From assembly GCA_005110385.1 (NCBI GenBank), contig DUDT01000012.1:84600-148599 (forward strand): 64,000 nt of DNA, read 5' to 3'. The position numbers and the translations under genes were made by a program. The notes beneath the pieces are model-generated. The model was not told where the DNA came from. It saw nothing but the letters and a program-made list of their open reading frames with translations, and searched no databases. Of this stretch, positions 46,158 through 56,370 are shown piece after piece. Each line of letters opens with the position of its first letter. Positions within the stretch are counted from its first letter, which is position 1. The DNA is from Candidatus Melainabacteria bacterium. Lineage in GTDB: Bacteria; Cyanobacteriota; Vampirovibrionia; LMEP-6097.

Positions 46158-47231
46158 TTATAGAAGCTGTTTATTTTTCTGTTTATAAACGAAGGCTAAG
46201 ACTTCAGCTACTGCGACATAGAGATCTGGGGTAATTTCATGATCGATTGGGCAGTTTTTATACAAAGCACGAGCAAGTGGAATATTCTCAACTATCATCA
46301 CATCTGCTTCTTTGGCAAATTCCTTAATCCTTGCAGCAAGTAATCTGCTACCTTTAGCTACTACTATGGGTGCAGAAGAACCGTTACGATTATATTTTAA
46401 AGCTACGGCTAAGTGAATAGGGTTGGTTACCACAACATCAGCTTCTTGGACATTAGCTTTAAGACCCTTTTTTTGACCTACAGCTCTTTGTGCTTGTTTC
46501 ATTCGTCCTTTAATATGAGGATCACCTTCTTGGTTCTTATATTCTTGTTTTACTTCTTCTTTGGACATTTTTTGATCTTCACCAAATTGCCACTTTTGGT
46601 AGACATAATCGACGATACTTAATATAAGCATTACAGCTGCGATTTTCATGCAGAGATCCCATGCTATGGCTCCGACTGCATTTAACGTACCTATAAGGCT
46701 AATCGGTTTCATAATAACTGTAATTAAATGATTATTAATGAACATTGACCAAGTCATCGCTGCGATAATAGTCATCTTAGTTAGCCCTATAGCAGTAGTG
46801 ATAACAGAGCGAAGAGATACTAACCTTTTCATACCATTAATGGGGTTTATTTTATTTATGTCGAATTCCAGTGGCTTAAATGAAACGTGTAAGCCTACTT
46901 GAGCTACGGTACTGATAAATACCGCAAGCCAAATACTAATTAAAAGTGGGGCGCAGAGCATTACATATTCACCGATAGCAGAGGTGATTAGTCCGAAGTA
47001 GCCGTTACTGTTTACTTCTTCGAATCTTACTCTTGAAAAAAAATGTCTAAATAGATAAGCGATTTTAGCTGAAATAGCAAGACCAGTTAAGCAGAGCATT
47101 ACTAAACATACGAAAACACCTATAGTTCCAGACAGATCTTGAGATCTTGCTACTTGCCCCTGCTCCCTGCTCTGTTTCAGCTTCTGGGAGGAGGCCCGTT
47201 CGGTTTTGGAGTCTTTATCCTCGTCTGGCAT
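46158..47231 (-). CDS. flhB: flagellar export apparatus protein FlhB
   Basis: N-terminal TE.AS..K...AR..GQV.RS pattern, four helices, and an autocleavage-site variant NPIHLAVAL (canonical NPTH). Confidence 0.85.
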   Translation of the reverse strand: MPDEDKDSKTERASSQKLKQSREQGQVARSQDLSGTIGVFVCLVMLCLTGLAISAKIAYLFRHFFSRVRFEEVNSNGYFGLITSAIGEYVMLCAPLLISIWLAVFISTVAQVGLHVSFKPLEFDINKINPINGMKRLVSLRSVITTAIGLTKMTIIAAMTWSMFINNHLITVIMKPISLIGTLNAVGAIAWDLCMKIAAVMLILSIVDYVYQKWQFGEDQKMSKEEVKQEYKNQEGDPHIKGRMKQAQRAVGQKKGLKANVQEADVVVTNPIHLAVALKYNRNGSSAPIVVAKGSRLLAARIKEFAKEADVMIVENIPLARALYKNCPIDHEITPDLYVAVAEVLAFVYKQKNKQLL

Positions 47232-47323
47232 TCAAGCTAGTGTATTCCCTGTATACAGTTAGCCTATGCTGGGTTTTATGGGGGAGAGGCTGAGGTATTT
47301 AAGTGAAAAGATGATCGAAAAAA

Positions 47324-48706
47324 ATGATTAGTCTTTACTTTTTGATAGATTTTTATTATTATATTGTGATTATGGCTTTAATGGATAGTTCGCCGGGGGG
47401 GGGTAATGATTGGAGTTTAAAGAGCTTCGTGGCACGGGCACGGGAGCTTGGGATGACCCCGGGTAAAGCTGATCCTTTAGAGGAAGCATCGCGGAATGCA
47501 GATGAATTAGAGGCTGTTGCCGCAGCTCAAGAAGAGCGTCGAATGGCTCAGGGAAGCGCAGTTAAGGTGATGGGTTATAAGCCTATAGAGGTTATAAGAT
47601 CTTCACCTGATCGTAATCATGTAACAATGGTAAACGTTTCTGATATTAAGACGGCTCATGGTTTTGAGGTTAAGGCTGCTCCCACGGAATCGACTTTAGA
47701 ATTAAGACCTTCTCCTGATGGTTCAGAGCAGTTAGTTAAAATTAAGAACCGAATTTTCGATAGAGAAATAATTAGAGATGAGACTGGAAGAGTAACTGAG
47801 CTAGAAGACGAGATTAAATTACCTAAATCTAATATTAGACTAGAGGTCTCTATTCAGGATAATTCTAAAGTCGTTAAAATTATCGAAAATGGTGAAGAAG
47901 CAAGAGAATTAAAATTTAGTGTGATGGGAGGAGATGATAATTCAAGAATCGAGCGACCATCGTTTTCAGCACCATCTATATCTGGAGATAGCTTGATGGA
48001 AGAAGTTTTTTTCCATAAAAAATCTTTAAGTCCTTATCAACAGCCTTTAATTGATGAGGGTGAGCAGGTTAAGCCTTATGAGCTTAAAACTAATGAATAT
48101 ACACTGTCTGTGGATAGAGGGATTATAACGATTCGTGATAATAAAGATGGCTTAGTTTTTTTACAGGATGGTGAGGGGCAAAATTATATTTTTCATCCAG
48201 AGAGTGTATCAGATACGAGTTTAGTTAAGTCTAGAGCGAAATTAGATGCTGTGACTCCAGCTGCTTTTAGAGAAGTTTTGGAGGCAAGAGAAAATCAGAT
48301 ACTTGATATGCTTGCGCTTTTTGAGAAACAGGGTAATCCATCTGAGATGCGAGTAAGATTTTCACAGTCTAACTCTCAAGGTGAAACTGAGATACTGGTA
48401 AATAGAGCTGAAATTAAGGCTGAGTTAGAATCTATCAGCAGTCAAATTCTCGAACTCTCTAATCAGGCATCTATATTTCTTACGAGTCAGCAACAGGATT
48501 TAGGGAATGATCCTAGTAAGCTAAGTATGCTTCAAGGATTCTTAGGTTTTGGTGGATATAATGCAGAAGCAGATCCGGCTACTGTATCGAAGGCTGATAA
48601 TCTTAATATTTTAAATCCTAAGCAGACTGTAGCGATGTTTGCAGGTGCAGATGGTCAGTATCAGTATTTTAATGCAGAAGGTAGATCACTTTTCGGTGTG
48701 GTATAG
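47324..48706 (+). CDS. hypothetical protein (start possibly ATG at 47372)
   Basis: 460-codon ORF on the strand opposite the flanking fliR and flhB; no family recognised. Confidence 0.5.
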   Translation: MISLYFLIDFYYYIVIMALMDSSPGGGNDWSLKSFVARARELGMTPGKADPLEEASRNADELEAVAAAQEERRMAQGSAVKVMGYKPIEVIRSSPDRNHVTMVNVSDIKTAHGFEVKAAPTESTLELRPSPDGSEQLVKIKNRIFDREIIRDETGRVTELEDEIKLPKSNIRLEVSIQDNSKVVKIIENGEEARELKFSVMGGDDNSRIERPSFSAPSISGDSLMEEVFFHKKSLSPYQQPLIDEGEQVKPYELKTNEYTLSVDRGIITIRDNKDGLVFLQDGEGQNYIFHPESVSDTSLVKSRAKLDAVTPAAFREVLEARENQILDMLALFEKQGNPSEMRVRFSQSNSQGETEILVNRAEIKAELESISSQILELSNQASIFLTSQQQDLGNDPSKLSMLQGFLGFGGYNAEADPATVSKADNLNILNPKQTVAMFAGADGQYQYFNAEGRSLFGVV

Positions 48707-48723
48707 AATTAATATTAAAATCC

Positions 48724-49521
48724 TTAAACCCGAATCCCCATAAAGAACTCATCAAAAAAGTCCATTAACTTTTCTGTAAAGAAATCATCTAAGCTAACCC
48801 AGTAATTACCGAGCATCATGCTTAATAATATGGAGCCGAAAATTAATTTTAACGGCTGTATCATGAAGAACATACTTGCTTGTGGGAGTATTTTAGAAAC
48901 TAGAGTAGTAAAGAGGTCTAGCACTAATAATATGCCTACAAATGGCAGAGTTAATTCTAAAGCATAGAGAAATATTTTCCCGAATATTGGTAGAAACTGA
49001 GACATAAGTAACCCGATATCTAATTCAAATTTATTAATCGGTAAAATCTCATAACTTTTAGAGAGCATGAAAAGCACTATATAAAAGCCATTGGCTTTTA
49101 GAAAGACGAAATTCGCTGTAAATACTAGGATGTTTGCCATTGGACTTACTTGTGCTTGTACTGTCGGGTCGAATAAAGAAGAGGCGCTCTGCCCCATCTG
49201 TGTACTTGCAAGCTGGCCCATAGTCGCTATTGCATCAAAGACGACGCTGAAAAAGAAACCTATGAAAAAGCCGATAAGTAATTCGAAGGATAGGGCTATT
49301 AATAAATGCCAGTGATCTAAAGGTAAAATACTATTAGAAGTACTCATCGCTTGAGAATAGAGAACTGTACCAAGCATAATCGATAAGCCAATCTTGTATT
49401 GAGCTGGGATCTGCCCCTTTGATAGAATCGGCATGACCAGCATCATGCCGCCTACTCTTGACATAATAAGAAAGAAATTAAGAATGATTTCTATAGTAAT
49501 AAATTCAATATTAAAATTCAT
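48724..49521 (-). CDS. fliR: flagellar export apparatus protein FliR
   Basis: 265-aa polytopic membrane protein; FFLIMSRVGGMMLVMPI start typical of FliR/SctT. Confidence 0.75.
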   Translation of the reverse strand: MNFNIEFITIEIILNFFLIMSRVGGMMLVMPILSKGQIPAQYKIGLSIMLGTVLYSQAMSTSNSILPLDHWHLLIALSFELLIGFFIGFFFSVVFDAIATMGQLASTQMGQSASSLFDPTVQAQVSPMANILVFTANFVFLKANGFYIVLFMLSKSYEILPINKFELDIGLLMSQFLPIFGKIFLYALELTLPFVGILLVLDLFTTLVSKILPQASMFFMIQPLKLIFGSILLSMMLGNYWVSLDDFFTEKLMDFFDEFFMGIRV

Positions 49522-49560
49522 TTATTATTAAGACCTTTCGTCTTTTTAATTTCTATTTTC

Positions 49561-50403
49561 TTAAATCGTCTCACAGAGCTGAATTCCCTTGCTGGTGCCT
49601 AAGTGACTGAGTCTTTCGTGTGTAATGTTAATGATTTTAATAGCGTCTTCATAGCTGCGAATACCGCCAGCCGCTTTGATCTGCACGAAAGGTTCTTTAT
49701 CGTAAAGGTCTAAAAGATTTTTTATTTTACGGATAAGTTCAGGGTTAGCTTGAGCTTCTAATCCTTTAACTTCGATAAAGCCAGTGGAGTTTTTATATGA
49801 AATATTTACCTTCAGTGAAGAATTTAGTTTTTCTTTTTTCTGCTTATAATAGTGAGCTACACGGGCTAGAATCTCTACGGAATATTTAAGCTGTTCATCA
49901 TTTAGTAATTCACAGGAGAAAATGGGTTTTAAGCAGATATGTAAGTCTTCTAGATTTTCATATTTATTAGTGAATAAAGATTCTAAATCAAAGATTTTAT
50001 CGATAATAGATGTTAAATCTTCGTAAATAGGATTTAACATTATAGGAACTTCATTTAAAAGATATTTAGGATTCATTACTGGGTCAAGCTCTAAAGCACC
50101 GTCTCTAAGAGCGATTTCACACTCTTCTAAAAGAGCTGTTCTTTCTGTTTTTAGAAAAAACTTTTCAATCAATTCGTCTAATTTATCTTTCTCTGGATCA
50201 TAGGAAATTTTATTTTCAGGAAAGGATATTACAGCAGAACATCTATAGATAGGTGCTAGATCCTTGATAAAGGCTGGTCTTATGCAGATGGAATTAAACC
50301 TGTAGGCGACTGCCTCTTTGGCTAGTACCAGTAAGGAATCTGGGCTTGCATTAATATCAAGTTTCGTATGATCTATAAGATGATTAATAGTTTGTGTAAT
50401 CAT
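49561..50403 (-). CDS. deoxyribose-phosphate aldolase-like protein (DeoC family) with internal insertions
   Basis: IDHTKL near the N-terminus, ICIRP, and KAAGGIRSYEDA near the C-terminus. Confidence 0.65.
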   Translation of the reverse strand: MITQTINHLIDHTKLDINASPDSLLVLAKEAVAYRFNSICIRPAFIKDLAPIYRCSAVISFPENKISYDPEKDKLDELIEKFFLKTERTALLEECEIALRDGALELDPVMNPKYLLNEVPIMLNPIYEDLTSIIDKIFDLESLFTNKYENLEDLHICLKPIFSCELLNDEQLKYSVEILARVAHYYKQKKEKLNSSLKVNISYKNSTGFIEVKGLEAQANPELIRKIKNLLDLYDKEPFVQIKAAGGIRSYEDAIKIINITHERLSHLGTSKGIQLCETI

Positions 50404-50496
50404 TTAAACTTATTATCGCAGTCTTGCTATTATCGTTCAAATATAAATCTGTTTAAGACTATTAAGTTTAAATAGACTCTAAGTTGGTAAATTAAT

Positions 50497-51276
50497 ATGG
50501 CAAGCCAAGAAATTATTGTAATTAAGATCGGGACTTCATCTATTACAGATATTAAATCTGGTGTAGATTATAAGACTATTAATCTGCTCGCAAAGGCAGT
50601 CGCTGAGCTTAAAGCTGAGGGGCATACTTTAGTAATAGTAAGTTCTGGAGCTATGAGCTTAGGTATCTGTAAATTAGGTTTAGATCATGCACACTCTGGT
50701 AATGTCGCTTATAAACAGGCTTTAACTTCAGTAGGACAGGTAAGTCTGATGAATGCCTACGATAATATTTTTAAATACTACGGCTATAGCGTGGGGCAAG
50801 TGCTGATTACACATAAAGGTCTAGACGATAAAGAACGTAATGACTGTATTAAAGGGACTTTTGAAAATATTTTTAAATTAGGAGTTATACCAGTAGTTAA
50901 CGCTAACGACACTGTAACTTCTGAAGAACTCGCTTATGGTGATAATGACAGCCTTTCAGCTAGAGTAGCTGTATTGCTGCAAGCACAGAAGTTAATATTT
51001 ATAACCGATGCTGGCGGTTTCTATGATAAAGACCCTCACTTAGACAGCTCTGCGAAGCTTATAGAGAGAGTCACAGATATAGATGATTATATTTATTCTT
51101 TAGCTGGTGAAAGTAGCACGAAAGTCGGGCTAGGTGGCATGAAAAGTAAAGTAGAAGCGGCTCGTATCTGTATGGATGATAAGGTTAGGCTTTTAATTAC
51201 TGGTAAGAAAGAGATTTCTAAGCTTGGGAATCTTTATGATTCTGATGTGAAGATTAAGGGGACTTGGTTTTATTAA
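50497..51276 (+). CDS. proB: glutamate 5-kinase (no PUA domain)
   Basis: VIKIGTSSIT, VSSGA, PVVNANDTV and GDNDSLSA motifs. Confidence 0.85.
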   Translation: MASQEIIVIKIGTSSITDIKSGVDYKTINLLAKAVAELKAEGHTLVIVSSGAMSLGICKLGLDHAHSGNVAYKQALTSVGQVSLMNAYDNIFKYYGYSVGQVLITHKGLDDKERNDCIKGTFENIFKLGVIPVVNANDTVTSEELAYGDNDSLSARVAVLLQAQKLIFITDAGGFYDKDPHLDSSAKLIERVTDIDDYIYSLAGESSTKVGLGGMKSKVEAARICMDDKVRLLITGKKEISKLGNLYDSDVKIKGTWFY

Positions 51277-51302
51277 TCTTTACATCGTGAATTTTAGAGG
51301 CT

Positions 51303-52748
51303 TTAGTTTTTAAGTCTATATTTTTTTTCGAAATCCTTAAGTAATTTATTAACCTTAGGAGCCATAATATAAAGCCCTGTGAAATTTACGAGGCACATGC
51401 CTAGGAACATGGCATCTGATAAATCTAAAATCGTGCCTAAATGCATTACTGAGCCTATAATGATGCAGGCTAAAAAAATTATTTTAAAAAACAATTCTGC
51501 ATAATCAGTGTCGCCAAATAAATAACACCAAGCCCTTAGACCATAGTAAGAATAGCTAATTAAAGTCGAGTAAGCGAATAATATTACAGCGAGAAAAAGC
51601 AGATATGGCAATATCGGTGATACTGACCGAAAGGCTTCAGAGCAAAGATGAACACCCTCTAGATTTTTTATTAAATGACTCTTTGTAATCAGAATTACTA
51701 AAGCAGTAGCATTGCAAACAATCACTGTATCTATAAATGGTTCTAACATAGAGACGAAGCCCTCCGAAATTTTTTCATTGGTTTTGGTTGAAGCATGTGC
51801 AATAGCGGTAAAACCAGACCCCACTTCACTAGAGAAGGCTGACCTGCGAAATCCCGTAATAATACAGCCAATGACTCCTCCTTGAACTCCTGTTGCAGTA
51901 AATGCTTGATTGAAAATTTCGGAAAATGTTGCAGGAATATCACTATAGTTAGCACCAAGAATAAAGATGGCAGAGCCTATAAATATTAAACTCATGAAAG
52001 GCACTAGTTTTTCTGTTACCTTTGCGATACTCTCTAAGCCACCAATAATTACTATACCTACTAAAAAAGCGATTATTAATCCAAATAACCAAGCCTTGTT
52101 CGTAAAAAAATTCATGCTATCGCCTGAAAGATTTAGTAATAGCTGATAGCTTTGGTTAACTTGCAGCATGTTTCCGCCACCTAAGACTCCACCAATGCAT
52201 AGTATGGAATATAGTACTGCAAGGATTTTCCCTATAGTTTTAAAGCCTTTAATTTCAGCGAAGCCAAGACTTAGATAATACATTGGTCCACCAAGGTAAT
52301 CTTTTGCATGTGAGTGTTTTCTATAAATCATTCCAAGGCTGCACTCTATAAATTTAGAGGACATACCGAGAAAACCTGCTACGGTCATCCAGAAAACAGC
52401 TCCAGCACCACCTACGCTAACTGCTATACCAACCCCAGCTATGTTACCAAGACCGACAGTGCCAGATATAGCTGTACACATTGCTTGGAATGGACTAATA
52501 AGACCTTCCGCATCCTTAGTTGCATATTTTCCTTGTAGAGTCTCAATCGTATGTTTTAAACCTCGGATATTTAAAAAGCGAAAATATACAGTAAAAAATA
52601 ATGAGCCTGTAATTAGCCATAAAACCAGAAAGGGAATTTTTATTTCAGGTGTGAATTCTAATTCGAAGAAAATTATACTAGACAGGCTTTTAGCTAAAGG
52701 TTCAACCGCTGAGTTGATTTGAGTGTCTAATTTATTTAACGCTTCCAT
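51303..52748 (-). CDS. sodium:alanine (AGCS family) symporter
   Basis: FQAMCTAISGTVGLGNIAGVGIAVSVGGAGAVFWM, the AGCS signature region; about 11 helices. Confidence 0.85.
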   Translation of the reverse strand: MEALNKLDTQINSAVEPLAKSLSSIIFFELEFTPEIKIPFLVLWLITGSLFFTVYFRFLNIRGLKHTIETLQGKYATKDAEGLISPFQAMCTAISGTVGLGNIAGVGIAVSVGGAGAVFWMTVAGFLGMSSKFIECSLGMIYRKHSHAKDYLGGPMYYLSLGFAEIKGFKTIGKILAVLYSILCIGGVLGGGNMLQVNQSYQLLLNLSGDSMNFFTNKAWLFGLIIAFLVGIVIIGGLESIAKVTEKLVPFMSLIFIGSAIFILGANYSDIPATFSEIFNQAFTATGVQGGVIGCIITGFRRSAFSSEVGSGFTAIAHASTKTNEKISEGFVSMLEPFIDTVIVCNATALVILITKSHLIKNLEGVHLCSEAFRSVSPILPYLLFLAVILFAYSTLISYSYYGLRAWCYLFGDTDYAELFFKIIFLACIIIGSVMHLGTILDLSDAMFLGMCLVNFTGLYIMAPKVNKLLKDFEKKYRLKN

Positions 52749-52895
52749 TTATTTATTAATAGTATCTTGAATCAATGATTCTAAAATAATCCGTTGAACT
52801 GATAATTCTATTCTAAATAAAAAGCCCTCTCAGAAATTCCAAAAGGGCTTTTTATTTTAATTAAGGCAGAGGGTGGCTGTTACTGATAGTGCAGT

Positions 52896-54233
52896 TTAGT
52901 AAACAGATAAATATCTATTTATTTCCCACTCAGAAACAAAAGCTCTATACTCTTGGTATTCTTTATGTTTAGTCTCTAAGAAATGCTCGAATATATGATC
53001 CCCCAGTGCAGATTTCACCATGGCTGAATTAGCCATACACTTAATGGCTTCATTTAAATCACCAGGAAGTGCATTAATATTACGATCTGTGAGTGTTTCC
53101 ATCTCTAGTTTGTAAATATTATCGTTAACTTCAGCTGGAGGCTCTATCTTGTTTCTAACGCCATCTAAACCAGCTTCTAAAAGTACAGCGAAAGCTAGAT
53201 AAGGATTAGTGCTAGGATCTGGGCATCTTAGCTCCACTCTAGTACCTATGCCACGAGTAGCAGGGATTCTGATTAACGCACTTCTGTTTAATTTAGACCA
53301 AGCTATGTATACCGGTGCTTCATAACCCGGAACTATTCTCTTGTAACTGTTTACTAAGGGGTTAGTTACGGCTGTAAATTCTTTAACATGCTTTAAAAGA
53401 CCGCCGATAAAGTATCTCATAGTTTCAGAGATGCCATCTGCTTTAGACTCATCATAGAAAGCATTTTTCCCATCTTTAAATAGAGACATATTGCAGTGCA
53501 TACCACTACCGTTTACGCCAGCGATAGGCTTAGGCATAAATGTAGCGAAAAGACCGTAACTATTCGCTATAGCTTTAGTCGCCCATTTGAAAGTAAGAAC
53601 GTTATCCGCTGTTTCTAAGGCTTCAGCGTATTTAAAGTCGATCTCATGCTGAGAAGGTGCCACTTCATGATGACTTGCTTCCACTTCAAAGCCCATCTCT
53701 TCTAAACATTCAATAATAGATCTTCTTACATCAGAACCTTGATCTAGTGGTTCTACTTCGAAGTAACCAGCTTTGTCGATGTACTTAGTAGTAGCTAAGC
53801 CTTCTTCATCAGTATCAAATAAAAAGAACTCACATTCAGGTCCAAGGTTGAATGAATAACCTAGATCAGCAGCTTGTTTTAAAACTCTCTTCAGATTATT
53901 ACGAGGACAGCCCATAAATGGTGTACCGTCTGGATTGTAAATATCACAGATAATTCTAGCTACTGCATCCTCTTGTGGTCTCCAAGGGAGGATTTGGAAA
54001 GTGCTGATGTCTGGATTAAAGTACATATCAGAAGTCTCGATAGTTCTAAAACCTCTGATAGATGAGCCATCTAGCATCATCTTATTATCTAAGACTTTTT
54101 CTATCTGTCCGATAGGAACAGAAATATTTTTTACGGTACCGTGTATATCACAGAATTGAAGACGTATAAATTTTACGTCATTAGCTTTGGCCAACTTTAT
54201 GACATCTTCTCTAGTTTTAGGTTTTTCTCTCAT
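52896..54233 (-). CDS. glnA: glutamine synthetase type I
   Basis: LDGSSIRGF, NGSGMHCN and NPYLAFA motifs; 445 aa. Confidence 0.92.
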   Translation of the reverse strand: MREKPKTREDVIKLAKANDVKFIRLQFCDIHGTVKNISVPIGQIEKVLDNKMMLDGSSIRGFRTIETSDMYFNPDISTFQILPWRPQEDAVARIICDIYNPDGTPFMGCPRNNLKRVLKQAADLGYSFNLGPECEFFLFDTDEEGLATTKYIDKAGYFEVEPLDQGSDVRRSIIECLEEMGFEVEASHHEVAPSQHEIDFKYAEALETADNVLTFKWATKAIANSYGLFATFMPKPIAGVNGSGMHCNMSLFKDGKNAFYDESKADGISETMRYFIGGLLKHVKEFTAVTNPLVNSYKRIVPGYEAPVYIAWSKLNRSALIRIPATRGIGTRVELRCPDPSTNPYLAFAVLLEAGLDGVRNKIEPPAEVNDNIYKLEMETLTDRNINALPGDLNEAIKCMANSAMVKSALGDHIFEHFLETKHKEYQEYRAFVSEWEINRYLSVY

Positions 54234-54350
54234 GCTTTTGAAAATTTTATCAGAAACATTAAATATTTAAGTATAAACTTCCTGTGAAAATTCATCCAGA
54301 GTAAAGTGTAATAACTTATTTATTGAAATGGTAAAATTTAACTACGTAAA

Positions 54351-56363
54351 TTGATGCAAGTAAATTTCGACGTAATCATTATAGGTGGCGGACATGCAGG
54401 CTCAGAAGCAGCACATGCTTCTGCTAGATTGGGTTTAAGTACATTGCTGTTAACTAACAATGTAGATCAGATAGCGACTATGCCTTGTAACCCAGCCGTA
54501 GGTGGTCCAGGTAAATCACAGCTGGTTAAAGAATTAGACGCCCTTGGTGGTGTTATGGGTTTAGCTGCTGATGCGACTTACCTTCAGATGAAGACGCTAA
54601 ATTCAAGTAAAGGTCCAGCGACTAGATCTCTGCGAGCTCAATCTGATAAAAAACAATATTCACGTTGGGTGAGGCAGTATTTAGAGTCTATGCCTAATTT
54701 GCGTATCTATCAGTCTGCTGCAAAGGCTTTAATTTTTGATGAAAATAAATCTAACCGTATTATCGGTGTAGAAACTAATTTGGGTGAGAAAATATATGCT
54801 TTATCTATCGTTTTAACCGCTGGAACTTTTTTAGAAGGTAGGATTTTTACTGGTCATCAATTTGAAAGTGCTGGAAGGGCTGGTGAGAAGCCTTCTCTAG
54901 GATTGTCTCCACAGATTCGCAGTCTAGGGCTGGAAACTGGAAGGCTAAAGACTGGTACGCCAGCTAGAATAGATAAAAAAACTATAGATTTTTCTGGCTT
55001 AGAAGTCGCTCCGGGTGATGGAGAGCTATCTTTTTTCTCCTTTTTGCCGCATAGACCTATTCGCAGACAGTATCCCTGTCATATTACTCGTACTAATGCA
55101 AATACGCATGAAGTGATATTAGCTAATCTAGAGAAATCACCGATGTATTCTGGAGCTATCTCTGCGAGCGGCCCTCGATACTGCCCGTCTATAGAAGATA
55201 AGGTAGTTAAGTTCCCGCATAATCCTTCGCATCATTTCTTTTTAGAACCAGAAGGCTTAGATACTGATGAGATTTACCTTCAAGGCTGTAGTACTAGTTT
55301 ACCAATAGAAGTGCAGTGGCAGATTATCAGGACTCTTCCGGGGCTAGAGAAAGCATGGATAACCAGGCCAGCTTATGCAGTAGAGTATGACTACTTCCCT
55401 GGTATACAGTTTAATCATAGTTTCGCTTCTAAAGAATTAAATGGGCTGTTTGTCGCAGGGCAGGTTCTAGGCACTAGTGGCTATGAGGAAGCTGCTACTC
55501 AGGGGCTTATGGCGGGAATAAACGCTGCGATTCAGGCTTATAATTTAAAAACTCAATTAGAGAAAGATTCTTTGCCTGTAAATGAGAGATTTAGAAAATA
55601 CTGTGATGAATATCAGGATTTTGTTTTAGGTAGAGAGACTAGTTATATAGGGACTTTAGTCGATGATTTAGTTACTAAGGAGATCTCAGATCCTTATAGA
55701 ATGATGACTTCTAGGTCTGAGTATAGATTAGTGCTTAGGCAGGATAATGCTGATCAAAGGCTTACGCTGAAAGGCTATGAGTTGGGTTTAGTCGATGATT
55801 ATAGATGGTCTATATATTTAGAGAAGCAGGAGCGTATAGAAGAAGAATTTAGATTTATTGACCAGGCGAAATTCGCTCAGGATAATATTCCTACTGGTAT
55901 GGAAATTAAAGGTTCGAATAAAATTACTGTTCATGAAATGCTAAAGAGACCAGAGTTTACATATGAAGATTTAGCGAAAGTTAATTTCTGTGCTGATCTT
56001 CATGAAGAAGATCGCTATGCCTTGGAGAAGAAAGGAATTCTTTTAGACAAGATTCTTTATCCCTTTGAGTTAGAGACTTACGTTAAGTATCAAGGTTACA
56101 TAGATAGGCAGATGGTGCAGATTAGAGATATGCAGAAGCGTGAAAATATTAAAATCCCCGTAGATTTTGATTTTAAAAATTGTTCGATTCTCTCTCTGGA
56201 AGCTAGAGATAAGTTATCGAAGGTAAGACCACTGACTATAGGTCAAGCTAGTAGAGTGGGGGGAATTAGTCCTAGTGATATTTCCAGTATTTTGATTATG
56301 CTTGAGACCAAGAGAAAGAATGCTGCCATTCAAAGTGGAGTTTCGCTACACGCTCAAAGTTAA
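54351..56363 (+). CDS. mnmG: tRNA uridine 5-carboxymethylaminomethyl modification enzyme MnmG (GidA)
   Basis: FDVIIIGGGHAGSEAA FAD motif, GPRYCPSIEDK, and C-terminal GQASRVGGISPSDIS. Confidence 0.92.
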   Translation: MMQVNFDVIIIGGGHAGSEAAHASARLGLSTLLLTNNVDQIATMPCNPAVGGPGKSQLVKELDALGGVMGLAADATYLQMKTLNSSKGPATRSLRAQSDKKQYSRWVRQYLESMPNLRIYQSAAKALIFDENKSNRIIGVETNLGEKIYALSIVLTAGTFLEGRIFTGHQFESAGRAGEKPSLGLSPQIRSLGLETGRLKTGTPARIDKKTIDFSGLEVAPGDGELSFFSFLPHRPIRRQYPCHITRTNANTHEVILANLEKSPMYSGAISASGPRYCPSIEDKVVKFPHNPSHHFFLEPEGLDTDEIYLQGCSTSLPIEVQWQIIRTLPGLEKAWITRPAYAVEYDYFPGIQFNHSFASKELNGLFVAGQVLGTSGYEEAATQGLMAGINAAIQAYNLKTQLEKDSLPVNERFRKYCDEYQDFVLGRETSYIGTLVDDLVTKEISDPYRMMTSRSEYRLVLRQDNADQRLTLKGYELGLVDDYRWSIYLEKQERIEEEFRFIDQAKFAQDNIPTGMEIKGSNKITVHEMLKRPEFTYEDLAKVNFCADLHEEDRYALEKKGILLDKILYPFELETYVKYQGYIDRQMVQIRDMQKRENIKIPVDFDFKNCSILSLEARDKLSKVRPLTIGQASRVGGISPSDISSILIMLETKRKNAAIQSGVSLHAQS

Positions 56364-56370
56364 TATTTGT

